Source: Wickerhamiella versatilis (taxonomy: Eukaryota). Taken from it: DNA of 64,000 bases. The stretch is from positions 1,550,001-1,614,000 of the forward strand of contig JAQOWU010000007.1 of the NCBI GenBank assembly GCA_030867685.1, read 5' to 3'. Made by a program: the position numbers and the translations under genes. Positions 31,057 through 44,500 of the stretch are shown here, in pieces. Every line of letters starts with the position of its first letter. Position 1 is the stretch's first letter. Below the pieces are notes generated by a model that was given only the letters and a program-made list of their open reading frames with translations, did not search any database and was not told the DNA's origin.

Positions 31057-32268
31057 ATGCGCACCATCGGGCTTGAACCAGAGTTTAATGCAGAGCTAGA
31101 CTCTGTAGCTCGAAAAATCCAAGAAAGTAAGCGTACAATAGTTGTGACTGGGGCAGGTATATCGGTCAGCGCAGGAATTCCGGATTTCAGGTCCCGGGAT
31201 GGTTTATATGGTTTGGTCAAGCAAAAGTATCCAGATGCCGTGGTGAAGGGGCGGGACCTCTTCGATGCATCGGTATTCAAACAATCGAGAGCAACACAAG
31301 TATTTTATACATTTATGGCAGGATTGCGTCGAGCCACCGCAGATGCTAAGCCTACGCCAACTCATCAGTTCATTCGACTATTGCGGGATCGCAAGAAATT
31401 GTTGAGATGCTATACCCAAAACATTGACGGTCTTGAGAACCGTGCTGGATTACTGGATGAAAATGTTGTAAAACTCCATGGGGAACTTGAAACAGTGAAG
31501 TGCAGCCTTTGCGGTTTTGTCGAGCCGTGGGGGCAGGACCATGATGCGTTTTTCAATGAGGGTGCCGCACCACAATGTCCAAAGTGCTACAGAACGTCGG
31601 TAAACAGAGAACAACTGGGGAAACGAGCCACTTCAAAGGGCGTTATGCGGCCAAATGTCGTCCTGTACGGCCAAGAGCATCCACAAGGGGATAACATAGG
31701 AATAACAGCTGCACGAGATGCACGGGCGGGACCTGAGATACTCTTAATAGCTGGCACCTCCTTGAAGGTGGATGGCCTTAAAGCCCTTGTACGAGACCTG
31801 GCTAAAGCAGTTCATGCCAATAACGGCATAGTCGTATTTGTGAACCGCACACCTGTAGGTACCAGTGCTTGGCGTGGAGTCATTGATTTACATGTGCAGG
31901 CAGATTCAGATCTTTGGGTAGCGGATTTTCGCCAGCGTAATTCTTATTTATGGACTAATCAGAAGAGCCTTCCTGTGCTAACCGCTCCTAGAAAGGTGCT
32001 GACCCAACCAAAGACAGAGTCCGGACGGAAACGTATACGTGTGGAAGACCTTTTGGCTCCTGTTCCCTCGGGTGAGGATAAGAGCATTAACCCCACTGTT
32101 AAACAGGAACCTTGTCAGGAACCTCGTCAAGAACCTCGTCAGGGATTTAGAACTGCAAAGCCTTTTTCCGATATAGATACAGAGTTTTTGAGCGCACTAA
32201 AGCGCCCTTGGAAAAGCGAATCTATGGAGCATGCCAATATTAGGGCCGAGCCTGCAACAGATCACTAA
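31057..32268 (+). CDS. HST3: NAD-dependent histone deacetylase (sirtuin), Hst3/Hst4 subfamily
   Basis: TGAGISVSAGIPDFRS, VKGRDLFDAS, CYTQNIDGLE, LHG, CxxC...CxxC, RPNVVLYGQEHPQGD, GTSLKV. First ATG is at 31057. Confidence 0.88.
   Translation: MRTIGLEPEFNAELDSVARKIQESKRTIVVTGAGISVSAGIPDFRSRDGLYGLVKQKYPDAVVKGRDLFDASVFKQSRATQVFYTFMAGLRRATADAKPTPTHQFIRLLRDRKKLLRCYTQNIDGLENRAGLLDENVVKLHGELETVKCSLCGFVEPWGQDHDAFFNEGAAPQCPKCYRTSVNREQLGKRATSKGVMRPNVVLYGQEHPQGDNIGITAARDARAGPEILLIAGTSLKVDGLKALVRDLAKAVHANNGIVVFVNRTPVGTSAWRGVIDLHVQADSDLWVADFRQRNSYLWTNQKSLPVLTAPRKVLTQPKTESGRKRIRVEDLLAPVPSGEDKSINPTVKQEPCQEPRQEPRQGFRTAKPFSDIDTEFLSALKRPWKSESMEHANIRAEPATDH
32104..32142 (+). repeat. 12-bp coding tandem repeat (QEPC-QEPR-QEPR) in the Hst3 C-terminal tail
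   Basis: caggaaccttgt caggaacctcgt caagaacctcgt cag. Confidence 0.8.
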
Positions 32269-32504
32269 AGATAATAAGTAAACATAAGCAATATTGAATT
32301 TCTTTGTTCCTCACGTTTCCTGAAATCACTTTTTACTATCCTGTACTCCATTTTTTTCTTAGGGAGATGATTTTTTTGGTATTCTACGAAACAAGCTCTG
32401 TGAAGGAATTGAGAATCCCAGAATGAGAAAATGCCATCCGATAGACTCCTAGGAAAGATAAAATAAAAACTCAAATTGACTTACACGAAATATATAAAAT
32501 AACA

Positions 32505-35500
32505 CTAGATAATTAGCACAAACATGCTCATAATTATAGCGAGTAGGATATGCCTGCCCGTCTTAGAGGCTTTATTGGATAACATCGGCACTGAATCGGT
32601 CTGTGAAACAGAAGGGGCATCTGGGATAGCGTTGCTCTCAAACTGTGGTGCATTGTCGGACCGTGATTTGATCGAAGCAGTTGCAACTTCGCTGGTCGGT
32701 GCCGAGTTGAGATATTGAGAATTTATGGTAGCCTCTTGTATGGATCCTGACATCGACTCAGAAGCCTTTGGTTGTTCTAATAGTGTCGAGGAGCCATGTA
32801 GAACCATATAGGTGAGCTCACTTGTAGGACATGTAGTAGATGGAGACATAGTCGCAATAGTAACTAACTCAGGTCCTGTCAAGCTTCCGCGCGTAACAGT
32901 ACCATATGTGTAAGATTCCGATGAAGTTTCTGTCGATCCTGTAGGTTCACTTTGTGAATTAGAGGCTGTGATCGAAGGTGTAGAAACTTCGGTATTCTCA
33001 GGAGAATTTATTCCCGACGTTGATCCCGCACTAGCAGGATATTGAGGAGATGTGGGACTACTCACAGGGACTGTAGGTGTTTCCGTACCAGTTTGAGATT
33101 CAGATTGACCACCACACGGGATATCCGAAGTGACAGTCACAATATCACTGCCAGTGGATGTGGTGATAATGGTACTGCATATCTGTCCAGAAGTTGGTCC
33201 TGCAGCTCCAGGCCCATTACTAGGAGCCTCGGTAGGCTCCGAGCCGCTAGATACCGGTGCACTGGCTGTCGGGCTTGCCGCAGTCGATGGTTGCGGTTTC
33301 TGTGACAATCCACAGGGTACTGAAGCTGTGGTAGTAACAGTGATATTACCACTCAAGGAGGTGATAACCGTAGAGCATCCACTCACTGGTGTTGACGAAG
33401 CCAACGCAGATGATACTGGGCTGCTGGAAACTTCGACACCCGTTCCCGAACCACTAGATGCCGGGCCATTATAGGTTGTCTCATTCGATGCTGGACTAGT
33501 GAAAGCTGGACCGCTAGACTCCGGCACACTTAGAGATGGGCCGCTAGCTGAACCAGCAAGAGACGGGCCACTACGTGCGGAGCCACTGGGTGAGGGTGAT
33601 GGACCACTAGAGGCTTGGCCACTGGGTGTCGCGCCACTAGGTACCGGGGTACTTCCTGTGGGTGTTTGGGGCTGTTGTCGTGACTCACATGGAACGGCAG
33701 AAGTGATAGTAACTGTGCTGCCACCGCTCGAAGTAGTAAAAACCGTGCTGCACCCACCTTCTGGTGGTGAAGATGCTGATCCACTAGGTCCGGAGCCACT
33801 AGGTCCGGAGCCACTAGGCGCTGATCCACTGGGTGCTGATCCACTGGGTGCTGATCCACTAGGTGCTGGTCCACTAGTTTCACTAGATTCAGAGCCACTT
33901 GGTGCTGGTCCACTGGGTGCTGGTCCACTAGGTGCCGAGCCACTGGGTGTCGCGCCACTAGGTACCGGGGTACTTCCTGTGGGTGCTTGGGGCTGTTGTT
34001 GTGACTCACATGGAACAGCAGAAGTGATAGTAACTGTGCTGCCACCGCTCGAAGTAGTAAAAACCGTGCTGCACCCACCTTCTGGTGGTGAAGATGCTGA
34101 TCCACTAGGTCCGGAGCCACTAGGTGCTGATCCACTGGGTGCTGATCCACTAGGTGCTGGTCCACTAGTTTCACTGGATTCAGAGCCACTGGGTGCTGAT
34201 CCACTGGGTGCTGGTCCGCTAGGTGCTGGTCTGCTAGATTCACTGGGCTCGGAGCCACTTGGCGCTGGTCCGCTAGGTGCTGGGCCACTAGATGCTGGGC
34301 CACTTGGTGCTGGACCGCTAGAAGCTGGGCTATTTCCTGTAGTGGCACTGCATGGAACTGTGAAAGTTTGTGTGATAACTGAAGAAGCCTCTGATACTAC
34401 CACTGTAGATGTAGAGACTATTGTTGTCTCGCATTCACTAGCGGTAGCTTGCGGGACAGTCCACTGGCAGGTTGTGGTATATTCTGTTTGGTGGCATGTC
34501 TCATGGGTGCAAGGAACTGTCACGGTAGTTATAGCAGTCGTATGCGGTCCTGTCGAGGCAATACTAGGAGATGTCAAAGTTGGGAGCGAGGATGACCCAG
34601 TTGCAGCGCTAGGAGACTCGTTACCCGGACCAGAGCTTACAGGTTCAGAATGCGCAGAAGACGAATATGTTGAGGGTGATACTCTCGGACCGGTCCCTGA
34701 CGGTTGAGGTGTTTGTTGCGATTCGCATGGTACAGCTGAAGTAGTGGTAACAATTCCACTACCATCTGAAGTAGTGATAACAGTACTACAGCCTCTTTCT
34801 GGAGTTGAAGCTACCGATCCACTTGGAGCGGGACCACTAGATGCTGGAGCACTCGGTGCTGAGCCACTGGGTGCCGCGCTACCCCCGTTAGATGTCTGGG
34901 GCTGTTGTGACTCGCATGGAACAGCAGAAGTGATAGTAACGATGCTATCACCGCTCGAAGTAGTAAGAATCGTGCTGCACCCACCTTCTGGTGGTGACGA
35001 TGCTGAACCACTAGGTGCTGGCCCACTAGGTGCTGATCCACTGGGTGCTGGTCCACTGGGTGCTGGTCCACTGGGTGCTGGTCCACTGGGTGCTGGTCCA
35101 CTGGGTGCTGGTCCACTGGGTGCTGGTCCACTGGGTGCCGAGCCACTGGGTGCTGGTCCACTGGGTGCCGAGCCACTGGGTGCTGGTCCACTGGGTGCCG
35201 AGCCACTGGGTGCTGGTCCACTGGGTGCCGAGCCACTGGGTGCTGGTCCACTGGGTGCCGAGCCACTGGGTGCTGGTCCGCTAGATTCACTGGGCTCGGA
35301 GCCACTTGGCGCTGGTCCGCTAGGTGCTGGTCCGCTAGGTGCTGGTCCGCTAGGTGCTGGGACACTAGATGCTGGGCCACTTGGTGCTGGGACACTAGAT
35401 GCTACGATAGTAGGTGCTGGGCCGCTAGAAGCTGGGCTATTTCCTGTAGTGGCACTGCATGGAACTGTGAAAGTTTGTGAGATGACTGAAGAGGCCTCTG

Positions 35501-38500
35501 ATACTACTACTGTAGATGTAGAGACTATTGTTGTCTCGCATTCACTAGCAGTAGCTTGCGGGACAGTCCACTGGCATGTTGTGGTATATTCTGTTTGGTG
35601 ACACGTCTCATGGGTGCACGGAACTGTCACGGTAGTTATAGCAGTCGTATGCGGTCCTGTCGAGACAATGCTAGGAGATGTCAAAGTTGGGAGCGAGGAC
35701 GACCCAGTTGCAGCGCTTGGGGACTCGTTACCCGGACCAGTGGATGCAGAACTAGTCGGTACTGGACCACTTGATTCTGGCTCACTGGGTGCTGAGCCAC
35801 TGGGTACCAGGCTGCCCTCGTTAGATGCCTGGGGCTGTTGTGACTCACATGGAACAGCAGAGGTGATAGTAACTGTGCTGTCACCGCTCAAAGTGGTGAG
35901 AACAGTGCTGCACCCACCTTCTGGTGGTGACGATGCTGAACCACTAGGTGCCGAGCCACTGGGTGCTGATCCACTGGGTGCTGATCCACTAGGTACTGAT
36001 CCACTGGGTGCTGGTCCACTAGGTGCTGGCCCACTAGGTGCTGATCCACTGGGTACTGGCCCACTGGGTGTCGGGCTGCCTCCGTTAGATGTCTGAGGCT
36101 GTTCTGACTCGCATGGAACAGCCGAAGTGATAGTAACGACACTATTACCGCTCGAAGTAGTAAGAACCGTGCTGCACCCACCTTCTGGTGTTGAAGATGC
36201 TGAACTGCTAGGTGCTGGCCCACTAGGTGCTGATCCACTGGGTGCTGGTCCACTAGGCGCCGAGCCACTAGGTGTTGGTCCACTGGGTGCTGGTCCACTA
36301 GGTGCTGGTCCACTGGGTGCTGGTCCACTAGGCGCCGAGCCACTAGGTGTTGGTCCACTGGGTGCTGGCCCACTAGGTGCTGATCCACTGGGTGCTGGTC
36401 CACTAGGTGCTGGTCCACTGGGTGCTGGTCCACTGGGTGCTGATCCACTGGGTGCTGATCCACTAGGCGCCGAGCCACTAGGTGCTGGTCCACTAGGTGC
36501 TGGTCCACTAGGTGCTGGCCCACTAGGTGCTAATCCACTGGGTGCTGGTCCACTGGGTGCTGGTCCACTGGGTGCCGAGCCACTGGGTGCTGGTCCACTG
36601 GGTGCTGGTCCACTGGGTGCCGAGCCACTGGGTGCTGGTCCACTAGGCGCCGAGCCACTGGGTGCCGAGCCACTGGGTGCTTGTCCACTGGGTGTCGGGC
36701 TGCCCCCGTTAGATGTCTGAGGCTGTTCTGACTCGCATGGAACAGCCGAAGTGATAGTAACGATGCTATTACCGCTCGAAGTAGTAAGAACCGTGCTGCA
36801 CCCACCTTCTGGTGTTGAAGATGCTGAACTGCTAGGTGCTGGCCCACTAGGTGCTGATCCACTGGGTGCTGATCCACTGGGTGCTGGTCCACTGGGTGCC
36901 GAGCCACTGGGTGCTGGTCCACTAGGTACTGATCCACTGGGTGCTGGTCCACTAGGTGCTGGCCCACTAGGTGCTGATCCACTGGGTGCTGATCCACTAG
37001 GCGCCGAGCCACTAGGTGCTGGTCCACTAGGTGCTGGTCCACTAGGTGCTGGCCCACTGGGTGCTGGCCCACTGGGTGTCGGGCTGCCCCCGTTAGATGT
37101 CTGAGGCTGTTCTGACTCGCATGGAACAGCCGAAGTGATAGTAACGATGCTATTACCGCTCGAAGTAGTAAGAACCGTGCTGCACCCACCTTCTGGTGTT
37201 GAAGATGCTGAACTGCTAGGTGCTGGCCCACTAGGTGCTGATCCACTGGGTGCTGATCCACTGGGTGCTGGTCCACTGGGTGCCGAGCCACTGGGTGCTG
37301 GTCCACTAGGCGCCGAGCCACTGGGTGCCGAGCCACTGGGTGCTTGTCCACTGGGTGCTGAGCCGTTAGATGCTGGTCCACTAGGTGCTGAGCCACTAGG
37401 TGATGGACTGTTACCACTAGATGACTCTGGCTGCTGTGATTCACATGGGACGGCAGAAGTGATAGTAACGGTGCTACCACCACTAGTTGTAGTAATTACT
37501 GTGCTGCATCCACTTTCTGGAGTTGATGGCGCTGGGCCTGTAGGCATCGGGCCGTTAGAAGCTGCGCTATTCCCTGTAGTGGCACTGCATGGAACTGTGA
37601 AAGTTTGTGAGATGACTGAAGAGGCCTCTGATACTACTACTGTAGATGTAGAGACTATTGTTGTCTCGCATTCACTAGCGGTAGCTTGCGGGACAGTCCA
37701 CTGGCAGGTTGTGGTATATTCTGTTTGGTGACACGTCTCATGGGTGCAAGGAACTGTCACGGTAGTTATAGCAGTCGTATGCGGTCCTGTCGAAACAATG
37801 CTGGTAGGCGTCAAAGTTTGGACAGAGGATAATCCAGTTTCAGTGGTGGGAGACTCGTTACCCGGACCAGTCGCAGAATTCAGAGATTGCTCAGAAGGCG
37901 AATATGATGAGGATGGTACTCTTGGACCGGCTCCTGACGTCTGAGGGCTTTGTTGCGATTCGCATGGTACAGCTGAAGTAGTGGTTACAATTCCATTACC
38001 ATCTGATGTAGTTATAACAGTATTACAGCCTCCTTCTGGTGTTGGAGATGCTGATCCGCTAGGTGCTGAGCCGCTAGGTGCTGGTCCGCTAGGTGCTGGT
38101 CCGCTCGGTGCTCCGCTCGGTGCTGGTCCACTAGTTGCTGATCCACTAGGTGCTGGTCCACTAGGAGACGGGGAAATTGATGCACTGGGTGCTATACCGC
38201 TAGAGTTTGGTCCATTTGGAGTGGAGCCGGCAGGCACTGAACTAGTTTCTGAAAACGGAGTTGGTTGTTGTGACTCACATGGAACAGCTGAAGTAGTGGT
38301 AATCACTTCGCTTCCACTGGAGATAGTAATTACAGTACTGCACTCTTCCTTGGGACTCGATGAGACTAATGTACTGGGATACTGGCCACTTGGCGTAGGT
38401 AAGCTTGGTGCCCGAACACTAGATTCGATGCTGCTAGGTACCAGTGGGGTCCCTGGTGACGTTGGTTGCTGAGATTCACATGGAACAACAGTTGTAATGG

Positions 38501-41500
38501 TTATTATAGCGCCATTGGCATTTGAGGTAGTAATAACAGTATTGCATCCTGACCCTGGAGTCGAGGATGCCTTGCCCGGACCATTATTGGAAGATGTAAG
38601 CCCATTAGCCGCTGATCCACTAGGTGTTTCAGGTATTGATGAGAGCGGAACATTGTTCGATGTCGGCTTAGCGGACTGTGATTGACATGGAATGGTTGAT
38701 GTGATTGTTTCAGTCCTATCACCTCTCGAAGTTGTGATTATAGTACTGCAAACTTCCTCTGATACAGACGAAGGTGTTGAAATAATTCTACTCTCTGATG
38801 GCGATTCTGATTTTGATAATGGTGTAGTGCCACTAGTTGCAGGATAAAGTGTGGTCACTAGGTAGCTTCTTCCTGAACATACCTCTGGATGAGAACAAGG
38901 AAGTGTAGAAACTACGTATGAAGGCTGTGTAGCTGATTCACTGGCTGGGCTGCTACTGATCGACGGATTAACGCCTGAGTTGCCCACCCCAGGAGTTACA
39001 GGCTGACTTTCAAGACTAGTCGCAGATGATGATCCTGAGTTAGCTGGTCCGCTTCCTGGCTGACCTCTAGGACTAGTCACAGATGGCGTGCCTGAGTTGG
39101 CTGGCCCACTTCCAGACCCTGGCTGGGATTCCGAGCCACTAGCTTCTGGGCCACTAGCCTCTGGCTGGGAGTTGGTAGGAGCTACACCACCTGATGAAGG
39201 GCATGGTCCAGCTGTTGTTATTGTAACAAGCTCACTGCCGCTCTGAGTTGTAAGAACCGTAGAGCACACAACAGTCGTGACTGGCCCAGGTTGAGTCTCA
39301 GGACTAGCCTCAGATGGCGATCCTGAGTTAGCTGGTCCGCTTCCTGGCTGACTTTCAGGACTAGTCTCTGATGGCGATCCTGAGTTGGTTGGTCCGCTTC
39401 CAGATCCTGGCTGGGAGTTGGTAGGAGCTACACCACCTGATGAAGGGCACGGTCCAGCTGTTGTTATTGTAACAAGCTCACTGCCGCTCTGAGTTGTAAG
39501 AACCGTGGAACACACAACAGTTGTGACTGGTCCAGGTTGAGTCTCAGGACTAGTCACAGATGGTTTGCCTGAGTTAGCTGGTCCGCCTCCAGGCTGACTT
39601 TCAGGGCTAGTCACAGATGGCGTGCCTGAGTTGGCTGGCCCACTTCCAGACCCTGGCTGAGTTCCCGGGCCACTAGCCTCTGGCTGGGAGTTGGTAGGGA
39701 CTATACTACCTGATGTAGGGCATGGTCCAGCTGTTGTTATTGTAACAAGTTCACTACCGCTCTGAGTTGTAAGAACCGTGGAACACACAACAGTTGTGAC
39801 TGGTCCAGGTTGAGTCTCAGGACTAGTCACAGATGGTGTGCCTGAGTTAGCTGGTCCGCCTCCTGGCTGACTTTCGGGACTAGTCACAGATGGCGTGCCT
39901 GAGTTGGCTGGCCCACTTCCAGACCCTGGCTGAGTTCCCGGGCCACTAGCCTCTGGCTGGGAGTTGGTAGGGACTATACTACCTGATGTAGGGCATGGTC
40001 CAGCTGTTGTTATTGTAACAAGCTCACTGCCGCTCTGAGTTGTAAGAACCGTAGAGCACACAACAGTCGTGACTGGCCCAGGTTGAGTCTCAGGGCTATT
40101 CACGGATGGTGAGCCTGAGTTAGCTGGTCCGCTTCCTGGCTGACTTTCAGGATTAGTCTCAGATGGCGATCCTGAGTTAGTTGGTCCGCTTCCAGGCTGA
40201 CTTTCAGGGCTAGTCACAGATGGCGTGCCTGAGTTGGCTGGCCCACTTCCAGACCCTGGCTGAGTTTCCGGGCCACTAGCCTCTGGCTGAGAGTTGGCAG
40301 GGACTATACTACCTGATGTAGGGCATGGTCCAGCTGTTGTTATTGTAACAAGCTCACTACCGCTCTGAGTTGTAAGAACCGTAGAGCACACAACAGTCGT
40401 AACTGGCCCAGGTTGAGTTTCAGAACCAGTAACAGATGGCGTGCCCGAACCATTTTCAGACTCGAAGCTAGCTGGTCCGCTTGCAGAACTTTGCTGGGTT
40501 CTGGAGCCACCAGCTCCTTGCTGAGAGCTGGTAGGAGCAGTTATGCCACTCCCCTCAGTAGCTGAGCTAACTAGGGAAAATGTTGAGAGCGTACCAGACG
40601 CTTCAGGTACCGTAGAGGCACAAGCAACCCGAGTTGCTGTTACAGAGACTGGTACGGTTATCTCAGAAATCGTTATTGTAGACCTAAGCACAGAAGAAGT
40701 CGAACAGTCACCAGATGCAGTCGGTGTTGGTACGGTGAAGAATAACGTTGTTGATAGCTCAGTCTTGGGATTGCATCTCTCCTCGTTGCAAGTCACAGTA
40801 ACTGTTGTAGTTATTGTTGTGGCGGGTTTGGTGGTTTCATACGAAGGACTCTCGGAACCACTCGGAGGCCCCCCAGACGGTGGTGACCTCGTAATAGTAT
40901 CTGAGGGGGCTGCAGTGATACTTGGATAAATCGTGCTTATTATATAGCTGCGTCCTGAACAAATTTCGGCATGTGAACACGGTACAGATATGACAGTATA
41001 GCTGGGGGAAACTGAATTTGATTCCTGTGGTACATTAGTAGAGCTTTCACCTGCAAATCTGCTTGTTCCAGCTGTGCCTGGTGTTGGGCTAGCCGGGTTG
41101 CTCGTGCCAGGTCCTTCCGAGGCCTCAGGCGTAGGGGTTTCATTTCCAGATCCATTCGTTACGGTTGAGCTTGCTGTAATTCTGCCAGATTCGCCTGTGT
41201 TAGAGCCTTCAGAGACTCCCGAAATGGACCCTATACCTGTAGAGCTACTCGCTATCGCTGCCGGTGATGTAGATTCAGCTGGGTTGCCCGTGCTAGATGC
41301 CTCTGATGCACCAGCAGTTGGTCCTTTACCTGAAGAGCCACTCACCAAGGCTGTGCCTGATTTTGGTGCGGTTGAACCACCTGTATTTGATTCCCCTGGT
41401 GATGGAATACTATTACCTGATTCAGAGGTACTACTGCCTTCAGCTCCTCCTAATGTAGATGACCCCAGTGAACCAGTACCAGTTGGAGCACAAAGGACAT

Positions 41501-44500
41501 CAGTGGCTGTCACGACAACTTCCTTAGAGTTACTTGAGATGGTTACTGTGGTTGAAAGTACACTCTCTGTAGCACACATTCCCGTATCTGTAGGCTTTGG
41601 CACAGTAAATTCGCAAACAGTTGTGTAGGTAGTAACTACCCCCGCGGGACACTTAGTGCAAGTTACTGTGACCGTGGTCGTGATCGTCGACTCGACACCT
41701 CCGGAAGTTGGTGTGGCTGCACCACTAATTTCGCTTGTGGCACTATTTCCTTGATCACTAGTCCGGGGTATACCGCTGCTTCCCTCTGGGACAGATGCTT
41801 CTGACCCGAAAGCGTCGCTACCTCCACTAGTTTTTGGTACACCACTACTGCCTGCAGGGCCAGGTGTACCCGATCCATTAGCATTGTTCGTACCGCTAGT
41901 TGGTGCTGCGCCACTATTGCCCGCTGGACTAGATGGTCCTGATCCTGCTGCTCCGGAAGATACTGTAGCATTGTTTGCAACACTGGTTTGTGCAGTACCG
42001 CTACTGCCGCCTGCAAGGTCAGTTGTTCCCGATCCTGCTGCTCCTGAAGAAATAGTAGCGTTGCTCGCACTGGTTTGTGATGTATCACTACCGACGAAAG
42101 CACTTGTTGGTGCACAAAGGACATCAGTGGCTGTCACTACAACTTCCTTAGAGTTACTTGAGACGGTTACTGTGGTCGAAAGTACACTCTCTGTAGCACA
42201 CATTCCCGTATCTGTAGGCTTCGGCACAGTAAATTCACAAACAGTTGTGTAGGTAGTAACTACACCTGCCGGACACTTAGTGCAAGGCACAGTGACCGTG
42301 GTCGTAATCGTAGACTCGGCCCCCGAGTACGTTGGGGTACCTGTAGCCATGGAAGCAGCACTATTTGTACCACTGCTTTCTGATACACCTCTGCTACCGC
42401 TTCCAGAAACCACTGAGGGGGAGAAGGTATTTTTTTCTGCTCTGCTAGTTATTGGTGTATTATTTCCATTGCTGGAAATGATCTGGGATCCACCTGCCCC
42501 AGAAGACGCTATAGCATTGTTCGTAGCGTTAGTTTGTGCCGCGCCACTATTGCCCGCTGGACCAGATGTTCTCGCTGCTGCTCCGGAAGATACTGTAGCA
42601 TTGTTTGCAACACTGGTTTGTGCTGCAGTACTACTGCCTGCAGGGCCAGGTGTACCCGATCCACTAGCATTGTTCGTACCGCTAGTTTGTGCCGCACCAC
42701 TATTACCCGCTGGACCAGATGGTTCTGATACTGCTGCTCCGGAAGATACTGTAGCATTGTTTGCAACACTGGTTTGTGCGGCACCGCTACTGCCTGCAGG
42801 GCCAGATATTCTCGCTGCTGCTCCGGAAGATACTGTAGCATTGTTTGCAACACTGGTTTGTGCGGTACCGCTACTGCCGCCCGCAAGGTCAGTGGTTCCC
42901 GATCCTGCTGCTCCTGAAGAAATAGTAGCATTGTTCACACTGGTTTGTGATGTATCACTACCGACGAAAGCACTTGTTGGTGCGCAAAGAACATCAGTGG
43001 CTGTCACGACAACTTCCTTAGAGTTACTTGAGACGGTTACTGTGGTCGAAAGTACACTCTCTGTAGCACACATTCCCGTAGCTGTAGGCTTCGGCACAGT
43101 AAATTCACAAACAGTTGTGTAGGTTGTAACTACACCCGCCGAGCACTTAGTGCATGGTATAGTAACAGTGGTCGTAATCGTAGACTCGGCACCTGAGGAT
43201 GTTGGAATCACTGAACCTGGGTATCCCGAATAAATTGTACCATTGGTCGAACTACTTCCAGTAATCACAGCTGAGCTACCAGTTTCACCAGATACGGTGC
43301 CATTGCCAGCGCTAGTTTTTGGAGTGTATATCGATGAGTTTCCAGCCTTATTTGTCGCAGGCAATGTCACTGTGAATGTTAAAGGAGTAGTACCACCAGG
43401 ATATGTTATAACATCCGTTTGCGTAATAGTACTCAGAGGTGCATTACTAGATGCTGTTGGAAGAATAGCCCATACTGTGGTTGTATATTGAGGTGCAGAG
43501 CATTTTGACAGTGTACAAGGGATTGTTATCAAACTCGTCCATGTGCTGCCATCTGAAATAGAGCTGGTGAGCCCACTTATCGGTAAAGATTTACCTGGCC
43601 CTTCCGCAGCACCACTGTCTGTCGCAGCACTTTCTGAAGTGCTTTGATTCCCACTTGCTGAATTGTAGTACGAGGCCAAAGAGGCGGGATAACCGGTAGT
43701 CTGTCCAGGTATAGTAGAGTTTGATGCCCTAGGAGGGAGGCTGTTGGAGCCTACAGCACTAGCTTTGTTTCCATTTGATGGTCCCTGAGACTTTGTTTCA
43801 ATCACAGATGTGGCATTCTTTGTATTTGGTAAATATGAAGGTACTGATGATGGATTTGCTGAAGGAGAAATAGATTCAACACTATTGCCACGAAGGCTGG
43901 CAGAGTGTAATTTTGACCCAGTGGCTGAGCTAGAATTTGAACTCAATTCGGCGCTAGTAGTTGGTAATGTCGTGTCACGTGTGTTATTTGACTGGGATTT
44001 CGGTGAGACAACAGAGCTTCCCGGCTGGATGATAGTGGCTTTCTGAGATGAAGGCGAAGAGATACTAGTATTAAAGCTTGTTATTGGCGCAGCAGATTTT
44101 CTCGATGTCTGCCTAATACCTGATAAGCTCTTATCACTTTCGAAAATGCTGGACCCTGTCAATGACGCATTCAAAGTACTACTTTGATGATGATTAGTCT
44201 GAGAAGATACCACCAACGATGAACTTAACAAAGGATTTTGCGGTACACTAGTTGAATTCACTGGCGAACTGGTAGATACTAGTGTCGCACGAACTGTGCT
44301 TGCATTCTCACTAGGCACCGGTACAGGGATATGAATTGATGGTATTGATGCATGCGATGAAAGACCTGTAGAGTTATTTCTTATCGGCGATAGAGAACTA
44401 CTCGCTTCACTGCTCAAGGCAGAGATAGACGAATTGTCTGTCTTTGTTACCTTGCCAGATGTAAGGGTGCTTGTATTATCACTAGTCACCGGTAAGGGAA

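Noticed and set aside
34990-37400. Regular repeats superficially like a CRISPR array
   Set aside because: No unique spacers, in-frame coding repeats, eukaryotic context and no cas genes
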